A stretch of DNA of 64,000 nt from assembly GCA_002633005.1 (NCBI GenBank), contig NMRA01000043.1:1023588-1087587 (forward strand), given 5' to 3'. Both the position numbers and the translations under genes were made by a program. Positions 27,401-37,250 of this stretch are shown in pieces. The stretch is from Phoronis australis. Its lineage: Eukaryota > Animalia > Phoronida. Positions within the stretch are counted from its first letter, which is position 1. Every line of letters begins with the position of its first letter. The notes beneath the pieces are model-generated. The model searched no databases. It was not told the DNA's origin and saw only the letters and a program-made list of their open reading frames with translations.

Positions 27401-30400
27401 TTCTATTTTCCTAAATTTTACTAAAACACCTGGTCACGTGACTGAATTAGTGGCAGATTAGAGAAAATCAAATTCTACAGGGTTCACTATTTCAGAAAAA
27501 ATATATTTTTATCGAGTTAAAATGTGCAGTTGTGCAGGTATATGGCTAAATACACACTTACAGACCCGTCAACCATGGAGCTGCAGTTTGCCTACACACT
27601 TACAGACCCATCAACCATGGAGATGCAGTTTGCCTAGACACACTTACAGACGCGTCAACCATGGAGCTACAGTTTGCCTACACACTTACAGACCGTCAAC
27701 CATGGAGCTGCAGTTTGCCTACACACTTACAGACCCATCAACCATGGAGCTGCAGTTTGACGTTGAGCTGAACAAGAACAAAAACTGAATTATAAATTTT
27801 CCTCCTATAAAATTGGTTTGGTAATATGTCTATATATTCTATTTCTGCGACCAAAAAGAAATCAGCAACTCAAGAAAATGCTTAAGAGTTTCAAACTTGA
27901 AAATGGGGAATGGAATCATTGCATCAGACTCGAGTTGGTTACAAAAACAGAATTCTATCGCGGTAAGGTGTATTGTGAGACGCATTTTATGAGAGAAAAA
28001 CATCTAATTTGATTTTCAGCTACCCAAACGGAGCAACATGAGCCTTTAGCAAGACTTCATGATCGATACAATGTGAGGTGAACTTTGGTATGGTCAGGTT
28101 TCAGTCTCTCAGCCAATTGTTATTTGCCCCCCTTCCCACTTTCTATTCTGCCTTCTATTATCCTAGATCATTGGTGAACTGAGATGTGAACATGTGGCAA
28201 CTGGAGTACTAGAAAAAACATTGAGACTTCCATTACAAACATTGAGACTTCCATTACAAACATTGAGACTTCCATTACAAACATTGAGACTTCCATTACA
28301 AACATTGAGACTTCCATTACAAACATTGAGACTTCCATTACAAACATTGAGACTTCCATTACAAACACTGAGACTTCCATTATAAACACTGAGACTTCCA
28401 TTATAAACATTGAGACTTCCATTATAAACATTGAGACTTCCATTATAAACACAAACCAATCACAGCATGAGATTACACTCTTACCTTTCCTTCATTCTCC
28501 ACAAGTAATTTGTCCCCGCTGACCTTGATGACCTTACGACCTCCTTTCTCCTGCTCCCAACTGGTGAGTGGTCGACACCTGGCTATAACCTTGACCGGCA
28601 CACTTTCACTGGGCTTGAAATATACAACACATATTAAAACAATCTAGTCAAGCATTAACTCACATAACAAAACTGCTTGATTTCTGACGAACTCAAAAAA
28701 TTGTTTCTAAAATTAGGTATCGTTTCTATAATTTTGAAACATGACAACTCAGCGTCTTGTTATTAAGAAATATTAATACAAGGCTCACATAAATTACAGA
28801 AACACTTTGACAAAGAACTACCTCCTCTCATGGATAAACACGCTACATTTTTATCTTTTTTCCTGTTACCACCTTTCACACATGAAATAAACAATTGTTA
28901 AATCTTAACTGACATGCATTGAAAGCTTGGTGAATTCACAAAATACCGCATTCACCATAATAAGTGCCCAGGGCGTTTAGAAAAATTAGCTTCAAGAAGG
29001 GGGTGCTTATTATAGCCCAAAAGTTGTTGAAATCCGGTCTCCGAAACAGGTAAAATCGTAAGCTAGAATTCATCAAATATACGCTCTGTGATGCATCTGT
29101 AACCTAAGACAGATTTTCTACAAAATTGCAGTGCATTGCTATTAAACTTTGTTGTTAAATTACGAGCATTTTTCAGAAAATCCCAGAGCAAAAACTCGCC
29201 GACTAATGCGTTGGTGCCACGCGATTGCTGATAGGTCAACTTAAATTCTTGAGTAAAAATATAGTTTTGACTAAAAAAATTACCTGAAGTCCTCCTTAAG
29301 TTTTCAAAATAGCGTCCCTAAAATTATTAAATTCCTATGGAGTCGGGATTAACTTCATATTAAGTCCAAATCTGCACTACATAGATCGTACTCCGCAACA
29401 TGAGAAAAATCTCTAGACGAACACACATGTTCTTGTCACATGTTTTTTTTGAAGTTCGTCTGTGTGTGTGTGAGTGAGCGAGCGCGTGCGTGTCATCAGA
29501 GTTCATTTTGCCAACCAAAACGCGATGTAACAATCTAGGCGTGCAGGAAATTAACACAAGCAGTAAAGCTGAACGTGTTTTATTTAGCACTTGTTGATCT
29601 CATCTGCTAAAACACGTTCAAGAATCGTCTCGGTAAGGCCAATATCATTGAGTCACCGGGTGACTGGATGCGTGACAGTCTAACAGTTATTTTTGGGAGA
29701 TTCTGGGGGGGGGGTGAAAGGGTGCGGAAGTGTTCTCAATCAGTGGGTCATTTTGACTTTAGAAACACCAATTACGACTAATTTAATAATTCCTCCTAAA
29801 AATAACACAAACATTTTTTATGGATTTAGAAACTTTCCGAAATAAGTGCCAATGCCAATATTTATTTCTTGCTGATGCTATGCTACACGTTTCATGAATA
29901 GATAGTTCCCGAAGACTAATCTTCGATGACAGGTACTTGAATGTAGCACGCGCTTCCTGGGCAGGTGCTTTTACCTGAACAAAGGTCAAGATTTTATTAG
30001 TCTTCGATTCGCGGTTTTCTCGTGTACAGAGAAATTTAGATTCCTGTTGAGGGAGGAGATCTGTATGAGAAAGATACAATACAATGCCTTTGACAAGTAC
30101 GCTGCGTCCATTTTGAAAGGCCAGACCATAGTAGGACACTTCTCTCGCAAGATCAGCAAAACTTGCATTCTTTATCAAGTGTATAGTCACGGCTAAATAC
30201 CGACATAGCGGCGAGGCTTGTGGTCTGCACCCACACAATGATTTTTCCAGGACTGTCGGATCTTATTTATAAATTGAAGACATTACTGTAGAATTTTAGA
30301 ACTGTAGGTAAGGCATTTTTAGCATGCACATGGCGTTCATGGACTGGGCGCTTATTTTAGCAAAGTCTGAAAACGCGTGGGGGGCGCTTATAGGGGCATG

Positions 30401-33157
30401 GGCGCTTGTTAGCACGAATACCGCATTCATCTTCGATAAACATACCAGTATGCACAAATTGTAATTTAAAACTTTCGGAATCTCACATAGAAGAAAATTA
30501 CAGCCAGCCACCAAAATTTCAATTAACAGTTTGGGCAACTTCATTGAGCCAGATGTCACAGAAGCATAACACTAAATTGTTTCAATTTGCAGACTTTAAC
30601 CATCCTGGGTATTCAAGGTTGGGTTACTGACTACATTTATGTGAGAAAAATAATAGATTAAGAACTCTAAGTAATATTTCACAAAATTGAGAACAATTAG
30701 TGTCCAAAGAAATGCATTCTTGTTAATTTCAAGTATAAAAATGTCACAATTCCAACATGAAGCCTGAAAACATTCTCTACGACGTTAGTACTTGAGAATT
30801 CTTTCAGCAGCCAACTGTAGAAAAATGCAGCTGTACGAGGCCGTTGTCGAACACTGGCTCACAGTGTGTGAGCCAAACTTCAAAACCAATTTGCCAAAGA
30901 ACAATTGTCTGATAGTGAGTGAGTTACAGAACTAGAGGTCTTTCTTAAATTGTAGTATGTCACACAACAATTGTACAAGAATCCAGGGGTCGCCGTCTGA
31001 TGTCAGATCCCAACTGGTAGCATAGTGTCCCGGAAAATCCCTTCAATAACACAGCCTGGAATTTCACCAAAACATTAAAACATGCTAGATTGCTCACCAG
31101 GTTGACCCAGCTTTTTGAGGGGAGCATGACAACCAAACTCCTCTTGGGGACTTACGCATGCACCTCCAGGTCGTCTTAGTTGGGTATCAAAATTGTAGAA
31201 TATCTACCAGCTAGAGTTGAACACAGGCTACCAGTGTGCGAGTCAAATGTCCAAACTAAGTGACCAGAGAGCAACTCAACTGCCCACTAGCAGTCACTGT
31301 ACATCACAACCAGAACCAAATATTCACAACAAAAAAACCTGTACCACGTCAGTTCCGAACTGTCAGCATCCCTCCATAACAATATTAAAATTCCTTCAGT
31401 TTAAATACATAACAATACTTTATAGTTTGCACTGTTGGATTTGTCAGTGAATGCAAACAGTGTTTAGAAAACATGTTGAGCTTCAGCCCCAGCACTCTCA
31501 AAAGTTTCTCTATGCCTGTCTATACTGTCGTTTGATAGTAAAATCAATAAAGTGCTACCATACATGTTCAGTCCAAACTATTTTGAAGAATTTTGATACC
31601 AAACTTTACAATTTTATTAAGCAGGAGAATGTTACCTGTTGGTTTCATAGGCTGCTGAAGACTGCCTTTCGTGCAAAGCTGTATACTAAATACACAGGTT
31701 TGCGCCGCAGTGGGTAAAAAACTGGCCAAATAAAATCTGACAAAAAATTAGTGTCATTAAAAACTACACTCTTTCTTGACTAAATCAAATTATTTACCAA
31801 AGTTGGAGAAAATGGCATTCACCCGCTATTCTGCTGCTAAATTTGTGGAGTGATCTTCTGCGTCGGCGGCACCATGAAATACTGTGTAACCTCTTGGCCA
31901 AATTTCAGAACAAATTTTGCTGCAGCGAAGCTGTCATGATCTCCCAAGAGATGTTGCAAAATTTTAGGAAATGGTGCATGCGCGTGTCACGAGCGAACTG
32001 TTTTCAAAACGACGACATACTTTTCTTTGTTACAAAAGGCTGAGAATTACGAAAGAAAATGATTTTAATTAGATTGTTTTTCACATAAAAGGCTGCAAAG
32101 GGCAAGGTGAGTGTTGGCATACTCCCAGATTTTACATGCGCCACTGCCAGGCCATACAAGTTTCACGGCGAAGTGACGAGCAGAACTTGCCCGGCTGTGC
32201 AACTTCGAGGTCTGTCGGAGATGAACACAAAGTGGTACCTAGCTGTATTTTGACGATAGTGTTCAAATATTCAATGGACTATCTTGTCCTCTGGCCATAC
32301 ATTTAGTGGGGCTTTGTGTATTTTCAGGTGAGTATGCAAAAAGCAAAAAAATGGTGGCACACTCTTGAACTTGTTCATGTTTGCACTGCAGTAGACAGTG
32401 ATCACCGTCTCTAGCTGGCACAGTAGAGACAGTGGAGCTCCTATAAGAGCTTCATATGCCGGAAACTTTTCGGTCTCACACCGACTAAAACATCAAAGTC
32501 ACGTTGTTGTAAATACTTTTTGCGCATAGACGGACACCTTAGGAGACCTCGACGTATTTAATTCCTTCCAACTTGAAGAAATACTCCCATTATCAAACTT
32601 TTTCTACAAGCAGTCCCTCATTCTGTTCCCAATCGCTAACTCACCATTTTTAACATTGCGCGCGGCAGGTGGTATGACGTCATATCCCCTGGCATGCAGT
32701 GAAAAAATAGCGAGTTACCGATTTTGGGAACTGCACGGGGGACTGCTTGAAGAAAAAGTTTGATAACGGGAGTATTTCTTCGAGCTGGAAGGCACTAATG
32801 ATTAAATACATCAACGACCCTAACTATGTGTTCCTCTGGCACAAAAGGTATTTATAACAACGTAACTTTGATGATGTTTTTGTCAGAGTGAGGCATAATT
32901 CTCCGAAAAGCATACGGCGTATGAAGCTTCTACATGAGCACCACCGTCTCTACTGGGCCAGCTAGAGACGGTGATCACTGTCTAGCACTGTCTGCAGCAG
33001 GTGAATAACTTAAGTTAAGTCAAGAGCTCGTGTCGTTGTATTCCGTCCGATCGAGGAAGATGTTCGATTCAGGTACCTACAACACAATACTAATTGTTTT
33101 TACATACTGGTATTACATCATTAAGTTCATAATACAACAGTTGATAGTTCTTACCAT
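3432..33157 (-). CDS. Kinesin-like protein (N-terminal motor domain + coiled-coil tail), 18 coding exons, ~700 aa
   Basis: Exons in transcript order: 33155-33157 (ATG|gtaag), 28485-28613, 26297-26428, 23419-23481, 22184-22338, 20531-20650, 18239-18373, 17735-17834, 17196-17333, 16446-16550, 15948-16052, 15062-15248, 13994-14136, 12978-13139, 12613-12714, 10147-10251, 8954-9104, 3432-3499. All phases join (2103 nt). Motifs: [23 protein letters not shown] (P-loop), [40 protein letters not shown]. The first (ATG-only) and last exons are less certain than the rest. Confidence 0.9.
3596..3703. repeat. 27-bp minisatellite x4
   Basis: ctgaacaggaaggcctcagtagta(c/a)ag. Confidence 0.9.
3816..4506. mobile_element. 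PIF/Harbinger-like MITE with an internal direct duplication
   Basis: TIR GGAAGCGTTCATAT / ATATGAATGCTCCC; internal ~3915-4165 resembles ~4193-4460. Confidence 0.5.
5112..5120 (+). promoter_or_regulatory. Candidate TATA box of the nested PCED1-like gene
   Basis: TATATATAA ~40 bp upstream of the ATG. Confidence 0.45.
5158..5233 (+). CDS. PCED1: PCED1-like exon 1
   Basis: [25 protein letters not shown]|gtaagt. Confidence 0.88.
5158..8355 (+). CDS. PCED1: PC-esterase domain-containing protein 1 (FAM113/PCED1-like, SGNH/GDSL-type hydrolase), 4 exons, 306 aa
   Basis: Exons 5158-5233, 6026-6105, 6765-6988, 7815-8355 (921 nt, phases consistent). Motifs [82 protein letters not shown] match PCED1A/B. 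Kozak CACCATGG; AATAAA at ~8392. Confidence 0.92.
6026..6105 (+). CDS. PCED1: PCED1-like exon 2
   Basis: [26 protein letters not shown]|gttagt. Confidence 0.88.
6622..6764. repeat. 45-bp tandem repeat x3 abutting the PCED1 exon 3 acceptor
   Basis: ttttgacagaatgctggttcatagcagccttactttatcttctat. Confidence 0.92.
6765..6988 (+). CDS. PCED1: PCED1-like exon 3
   Basis: [28 protein letters not shown]...[15 protein letters not shown]|gtaaga. Confidence 0.9.
7815..8355 (+). CDS. PCED1: PCED1-like exon 4
   Basis: [16 protein letters not shown]...[10 protein letters not shown]...DNIHW...CTQCNCP*. Confidence 0.9.
8690..8840 (+). mobile_element. Possible Penelope-like element terminal remnant
   Basis: Degenerate hammerhead core ctgtagaag-ggcac..gttctc-gcaatgt and an acctggatga...cttcatcag end. 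Confidence 0.3.
8954..9104 (-). CDS. Kinesin exon 17
   Basis: [50 protein letters not shown]; ends G|gtaagt (phase 1). Confidence 0.88.
9556..10146. repeat. ~40-bp minisatellite (~15 copies) containing an assembly gap (N at 9845-9850)
   Basis: ggcatctcactcccagtttgtaacctctaagtaccccacacactt-like units. Confidence 0.92.
10147..10251 (-). CDS. Kinesin exon 16
   Basis: [35 protein letters not shown]. Confidence 0.85.
10700..11010. repeat. Dispersed repeat, inverted copy at ~33890-34170
   Basis: aaaaagaggaaa/ggaaactggaaa blocks and tgtgacagaa..tttt..tgtaaaa.tcaact in reverse complement. Confidence 0.55.
11357..12210. mobile_element. HINE-like element related to the 24.3-25.8 kb array
   Basis: Begins AAACTAG in an A-run; shares ccttagagtggtttg...gccaaaaaacaga...aaaactgccactagg and ccaaatttcat..aaa motifs; degenerate ~150-bp subunits. 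Confidence 0.5.
12613..12714 (-). CDS. Kinesin exon 15
   Basis: [34 protein letters not shown]. Confidence 0.82.
12978..13139 (-). CDS. Kinesin exon 14
   Basis: [54 protein letters not shown]. Confidence 0.85.
13207..13286. mobile_element. Tiny hairpin MITE
   Basis: CAGGGGtttctcattttgagaaccagtt / aactggttctcaaaatctgggaCCCCTG. Confidence 0.55.
13994..14136 (-). CDS. Kinesin exon 13
   Basis: [47 protein letters not shown]. Confidence 0.85.
15062..15248 (-). CDS. Kinesin exon 12
   Basis: [23 protein letters not shown]...YSKLTES; coiled coil. Confidence 0.88.
15948..16052 (-). CDS. Kinesin exon 11
   Basis: [35 protein letters not shown]. Confidence 0.88.
16446..16550 (-). CDS. Kinesin exon 10 (neck coil)
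   Basis: [35 protein letters not shown]. Confidence 0.88.
17196..17333 (-). CDS. Kinesin exon 9
   Basis: [46 protein letters not shown]. Confidence 0.93.
17735..17834 (-). CDS. Kinesin exon 8
   Basis: [33 protein letters not shown]. Confidence 0.93.
18239..18373 (-). CDS. Kinesin exon 7 (switch II)
   Basis: [44 protein letters not shown]. Confidence 0.9.
18936..20214 (-). mobile_element. Internally deleted Kolobok DNA transposon (THAP + partial transposase)
   Basis: TTAA at both flanks (18932-18935, 20215-20218); termini AGGCAAAGGCAACC...GGTTGCCTTCGCCT; ~310-bp imperfect TIRs; frameshifted THAP ([29 protein letters not shown]) and downstream EPKF...[15 protein letters not shown] motif. 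Confidence 0.85.
19250..19952 (-). pseudogene. Kolobok transposase 5' fragment (THAP domain), frameshifted
   Basis: ORFs 19743-19952 and 19555-19746 together form a THAP domain; stops and frameshifts; no catalytic DDE region. Confidence 0.8.
20531..20650 (-). CDS. Kinesin exon 6 (followed by a GC donor)
   Basis: [39 protein letters not shown]; donor AG|gcaagt. Confidence 0.85.
20915..21030. repeat. 39-bp tandem repeat x3
   Basis: gaatgacacttgtattgacatatcccacgtgttcatgtt. Confidence 0.9.
22184..22338 (-). CDS. Kinesin exon 5
   Basis: [51 protein letters not shown]. Confidence 0.9.
23017..23135. repeat. 23-bp tandem repeat x5
   Basis: agtttggtggatatccgttactt. Confidence 0.9.
23419..23481 (-). 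CDS. Kinesin exon 4 (P-loop)
   Basis: [21 protein letters not shown]. Confidence 0.92.
24322..25816. mobile_element. Helentron-associated (HINE-like) non-autonomous element with an internal ~447-bp tandem array
   Basis: Subterminal inverted ATGCGCCC (~24370) / GGGCGCAT (~25808), terminal hairpin, A-rich flank; internal unit made of ~145+160+142-bp subunits, ~2.6 copies. Confidence 0.6.
26297..26428 (-). CDS. Kinesin exon 3
   Basis: [44 protein letters not shown]. Confidence 0.92.
27130..27522. repeat. Dispersed repeat, inverted relative to 48240-48815
   Basis: Shared gtcacgtgact, tggcagatt, aaaatcaaatt and aatatattttta blocks in reverse complement. Confidence 0.55.
27550..27760. repeat. 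~40-bp tandem repeat x5
   Basis: tacacacttacagacccgtcaaccatggagctgcagtttgcc. Confidence 0.9.
28217..28452. repeat. 21-bp tandem repeat x11
   Basis: aaacattgagacttccattac. Confidence 0.95.
28485..28613 (-). CDS. Kinesin exon 2
   Basis: [43 protein letters not shown]; ag/gt flanks. Confidence 0.9.
28946..30423. mobile_element. Degenerate Tc1/pogo-like DNA element
   Basis: TA|CCGcATTc..taataagtgccca at the left end; tgggcgcttgttagcacgaatac at the right end; repeated gggcgcttat subterminal motifs. Confidence 0.5.
32392..32983. mobile_element. Foldback/MITE with ~230-bp inverted arms
   Basis: TAGACAGTGATCACCGTCTCTAGCTGGC...GCCAGCTAGAGACGGTGATCACTGTCTA; arms extend to ~32620 and ~32738. Confidence 0.8.
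33155..33157 (-). CDS. Kinesin exon 1, coding part (Met only)
   Basis: GCA ATG|gtaaga; phase 0 join gives [16 protein letters not shown], a typical kinesin N-terminus. Confidence 0.55.
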
Positions 33158-33332
33158 TGCAGGAATTAATCAATTTATACGGAAAGTCAACAAAGTATTT
33201 TCCGAATCCGCAACCCTGTTTATCTTTCACCTTGGTTAACTTTACGTCATGTCCGTAACATCACGTGACATGTCGCAGTGTCATCTGGTGTGAGTTTCGT
33301 ACACGAACAGAGGTCTTGGCATAGTATCTTTG

Positions 33333-33345
33333 GTCTCTAGGCGAC
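33333..33345. promoter_or_regulatory. Candidate RFX X-box in the kinesin promoter (palindromic E-box TCACGTGA at ~33261)
   Basis: GTCGCCTAGAGAC (minus strand) resembles GTYNCC(N)AGNNAC; ~180 bp upstream of the predicted ATG. Confidence 0.4.
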
Positions 33346-35689
33346 TGAGCGTTACCTCACGAAAGTAAGGTCGCACAAGACTTCACGAGATGTCGGCGAT
33401 GCAATACAAGTAAAGCATGTGATAATAATATTATCTTTCTTCATTCGCGAGATCCTTGCTTCTACAGAACGCACTCTGGCACGCCGGCATTGGTTTCCGA
33501 CTGCAGGGCTTCACGAGCAGCCTTAGGCCCCGGACTTTTCTGGAATTTCATCACCCTTCTTTAAAATACACCGAATCATCTGTTTATGAGAGTATTTTGG
33601 CGATTCTAGAAGTTGAAAATTTCATGATTTCAATTATATGCTTTCCCAACAACGATTTTAAAATTTTTGAGATCAGGCCAACTAAAATGTGAATTTTGTC
33701 ACTGTAGTCATAGTGACACTGGTATGTGATCATATCACTGTCAGTGTCTTCGGCACGAATAGCATGGAATTGGCACTACTGATATTATTCCCCCTGGATA
33801 CTTATCCTTTCCCACTTGCCTCGTCGAAATGGTTCTGCGGGTCACATGTTCAGTTGATGCTTCTACCATGAACATGTATTGGGATTTTACCGAGCTTAGA
33901 TTCAGTGCTTAAAATTTCCCTTAAATGTTAGGAGGATTCCTCTTTTTTAGTTTCAATTTCCTCTTTTTCATTTTCCAGTTTCCCTTTTCGTCTCTTTTTT
34001 ATAATTAGTTTGACTTTATTCATACAAATAACGTTTATTTGCTGGAGTTGATTTTTACAACACAAAATCTATTTCTATCACACAAGCCTATTTATTTGCA
34101 GAACGATACATCAGCTGGAAATTTTTCCTTTTTTGCCATTGGTCATTCCAAGCCCAGCAGATTGGAAATTTTATCTAATCCTCTTTTCAATCAATATAAC
34201 TGAGTTCTATTCTCAGTCAGATGTTTCACGGAAGCTTCTCATGTCTTCCCCTTTTCCGCATGGAATGCTTCGCTCGCCCGCTTGCCCGAATTTGGTGGGA
34301 GCAAGGCTGCCCCCTCCCTGAAATTCTCACACTTTAGTTGACGTCAGGAGATCATAGGTTGAGTCATGCATACCCTAAGGAGGTCGTGTGAAGCCAGTTG
34401 AAAGGTTTAAGACTGAGGCCGGGAACAACGAAGTACCATTTTATTACGGTAGCCTCACAGTTCCGGAAACATTTCAAGGTTTCTCCTCGCTCTTTCATAC
34501 AAATTAGCATCCCAAATTGTTCAGTGATCAATCTCACTGAACTATCACTCCTCTAGTACATGCTATTGGTTTAGAAAGCCGATTACGTATACAAGGTTTC
34601 AACATTATATAATGGTATAAACACGGTCATAAAATCACACAGATATGGCCGGCAAGTGATATTTTAATTGTCTCACTTTTTCGTAAACAATATTTGGCAC
34701 CAAATGAATATTTTTCAGATGTTCTGGACTACAACTACCAACAGACACTGTTTTAAAAAGTTCTGGGCAACCACAAGAAAGAAACAAGGCCTTTTATGAT
34801 CGACATATGTCCCGAATAATAGATAAATGATACGTGCGTCGCAAGCTCGTTACCAGAGATGAAAGGAGACTGATGTAGGCGATATAAGGTCATTTATTAT
34901 GACTAGTACAATTACAATAAAATGAATACAGGTAAATAAGTATAATAGGTAATCTCTGGTAAGATGGGCAATAAAAAGCGCCACAGAGATGTTGTAAGAC
35001 AGCTCATGCCCATGCAATTTTAGTAATTATTATTTCATTTGAAAGCGGTAACTGATTTTGTCGTATGTACATTTACGTTAGCACTGATTGTCAGAGTTGG
35101 TGGTGGCTAAGCTTGTGAAGGTTATCGTAGACAGGGATCAGAATATAAAAGCTAAGACAAAAAATTGTTGATGTAAATGAACCTCTCATTTTGGAATAGT
35201 TTCCTCGACATAGAATAAAAAATGTAGCTTTAAATATTTTTAAAATAGTCAAAAAACTTTATGATATTGTAGCAAAGCCCGGTTTATATCAAAAGCGACA
35301 CCAAGTCACTGCTACGACCTACGCTGCGTCACTGTGCGAGCTAAGTTCTTGGTCGCATTGATGGGCTTGTTGGAGAGCTTGCTTATAGAGTTAAAAACAA
35401 AAATAGATCGTGTATCCAAATTTCATTAGCCATACCCAGTGCGGCAACTGTAAGCGTTCTTTCCTCTGGTCTAAACATCTCTCAGGTTAAGGCATTGCAA
35501 ACAGCAAAAGCAATCATACAATCATACGGTCCGCGTGAGTAAAGGTTTGTACAACAAATTGTCCTTGGTTATTAGTAGCAGTCTGTGGCAGGTAGCTCAT
35601 CGCACACTTAGGACTAATTACATATTCAGGAACATTGCAAAAACTATCAAACATATCGAACATTACACACACATGTATTGTACATCATG

Positions 35690-35958
35690 CATGCGCGCAC
35701 CCAGGGGGAGGGAGGGGGGGGGTTGGGCTCGAGGGGCTCGAAGTAGTCCCCCATTTGGCGAAATGGAAAAAAAGTCCGCCCTAGAGGACCAAAAAGACCC
35801 AGAATACGAGACAAAAATCCACAGGAATCCGGCGCGAGTGCACAATTCGCAGGTCTGAACATAGTACCCCGTTTTTTAGTGCTCGACTTCTTTTCTAGGA
35901 AAAGGTCCACATACCGCGAAATTCAAGCCCCCTATATTTTAGACTGGGTGCGCGCTTG
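35690..35958. mobile_element. MITE with 5-bp TSD
   Basis: CATGCGCGCACCCAG ... CTGGGTGCGCGCTTG; TSD TCATG on both sides. Confidence 0.75.
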
Positions 35959-36898
35959 TCATGGGAGACAGAATTGACGCAAGATCAGAAATTAACTTTC
36001 TTGTGTGATTATTATGACCGGATCTACAACGAGACAACAAGCCCATAAACTGTCGCCCGGGCGACAATTTATGTCATCGGCTATTTAATGACTACAAGAG
36101 ATAGAGTCATTGTAACTAAGATGGAAAACGCGGTCACCATTGCGAATTTCGCTAACACGAGTCCACTTCCATATCTAATTTGTGTGAACGATACTTTACT
36201 TACCTGTTTGACGGGATTGTTCGCACGTTTAAGGTCATACACTGTATGGCAATCGACGAGGAGATACCTACTTCGTTTTTCGGTGTATTCTGTAATCGAA
36301 GTATACTGATTACGGTATCTGGCTGAATAAACATCATTTTCCTACTGACAGAATTTTATCATAGAAGTTGCTTCCCTTAGTTGCGTGCAGAAATCGTCCT
36401 ACAGAACAAATGATTCGTTAATGGGGAAATAATAGTGACTGTTACGTCAACCATGCAATGTAATTAAAGAAAAGGTCTGTTTTGTATGTAGGTATTTATA
36501 TTGTTAATAATGATTTTCCTACAACTGAACACATTCCTATCTGTAGCACTCCAATTTTCACAAATCAATAAAACATTGTAGTTGCTAAGATCTTTTATAA
36601 GTACTATTTCAAATGCCTCTCACTTGCGATCTTAGCGATTAATTGTCGTGAGAAGACGAACACGGTTTCCTTGGAAATTTGTACCTTGTCTTCATACATT
36701 AGGATTTCTCGATCACGCACACAAAGTTAATTAATAGTTATCTACGTGTTCTTAATGCATTGATTGACGTGTTTTGCGCACCTACGAAGGTAGTTTTCTT
36801 CTGGCAGAAATGAATGCCATAGACCTCAACACCATGTGTACATTGCGAGATCAGAAAACTGTTGACTAACCCAGGAAGTTTGCATTGTTGGCAACGTG

Positions 36899-37250
36899 AT
36901 GGAACACAGTAGTGCTGGAGTTCGGATCTCTCATCATTATTGCGGCTATTTCAAAGGAAGCAGGAGCAGCAAAAGCAGTCGCATAACTATTCCGCTTGGA
37001 CGACTCAAAGAGGGCCACAAGATGGACACTTTGGAGAGAACATTTCTTGAAGCTGTGGAAAGAGGCGATAAACACACGGTGATGCGTTGCCTCCAAGACC
37101 CAAATTCGGTTAACGTCAACTGTACGTCGATGTTAGGACGATCGGCTTTGCAGACGGCGGCGGATAACGAGAACTTAGAAATAACGGAAATTCTACTGAA
37201 GCAACCAGGGATTAAGATTGGAGACGCGCTGATGTATGCAATACAAGAAG
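36899..37250 (+). CDS. TRPC: TRPC exon 1
   Basis: Ankyrin repeats; ends G|gtaac. Confidence 0.88.

Noticed and set aside
28163-28459. Repetitive ORFs (VCNGSLN, MEVSMFV, LRLPLQT)
   Set aside because: 21-bp tandem repeat open in several frames; no splice or start support
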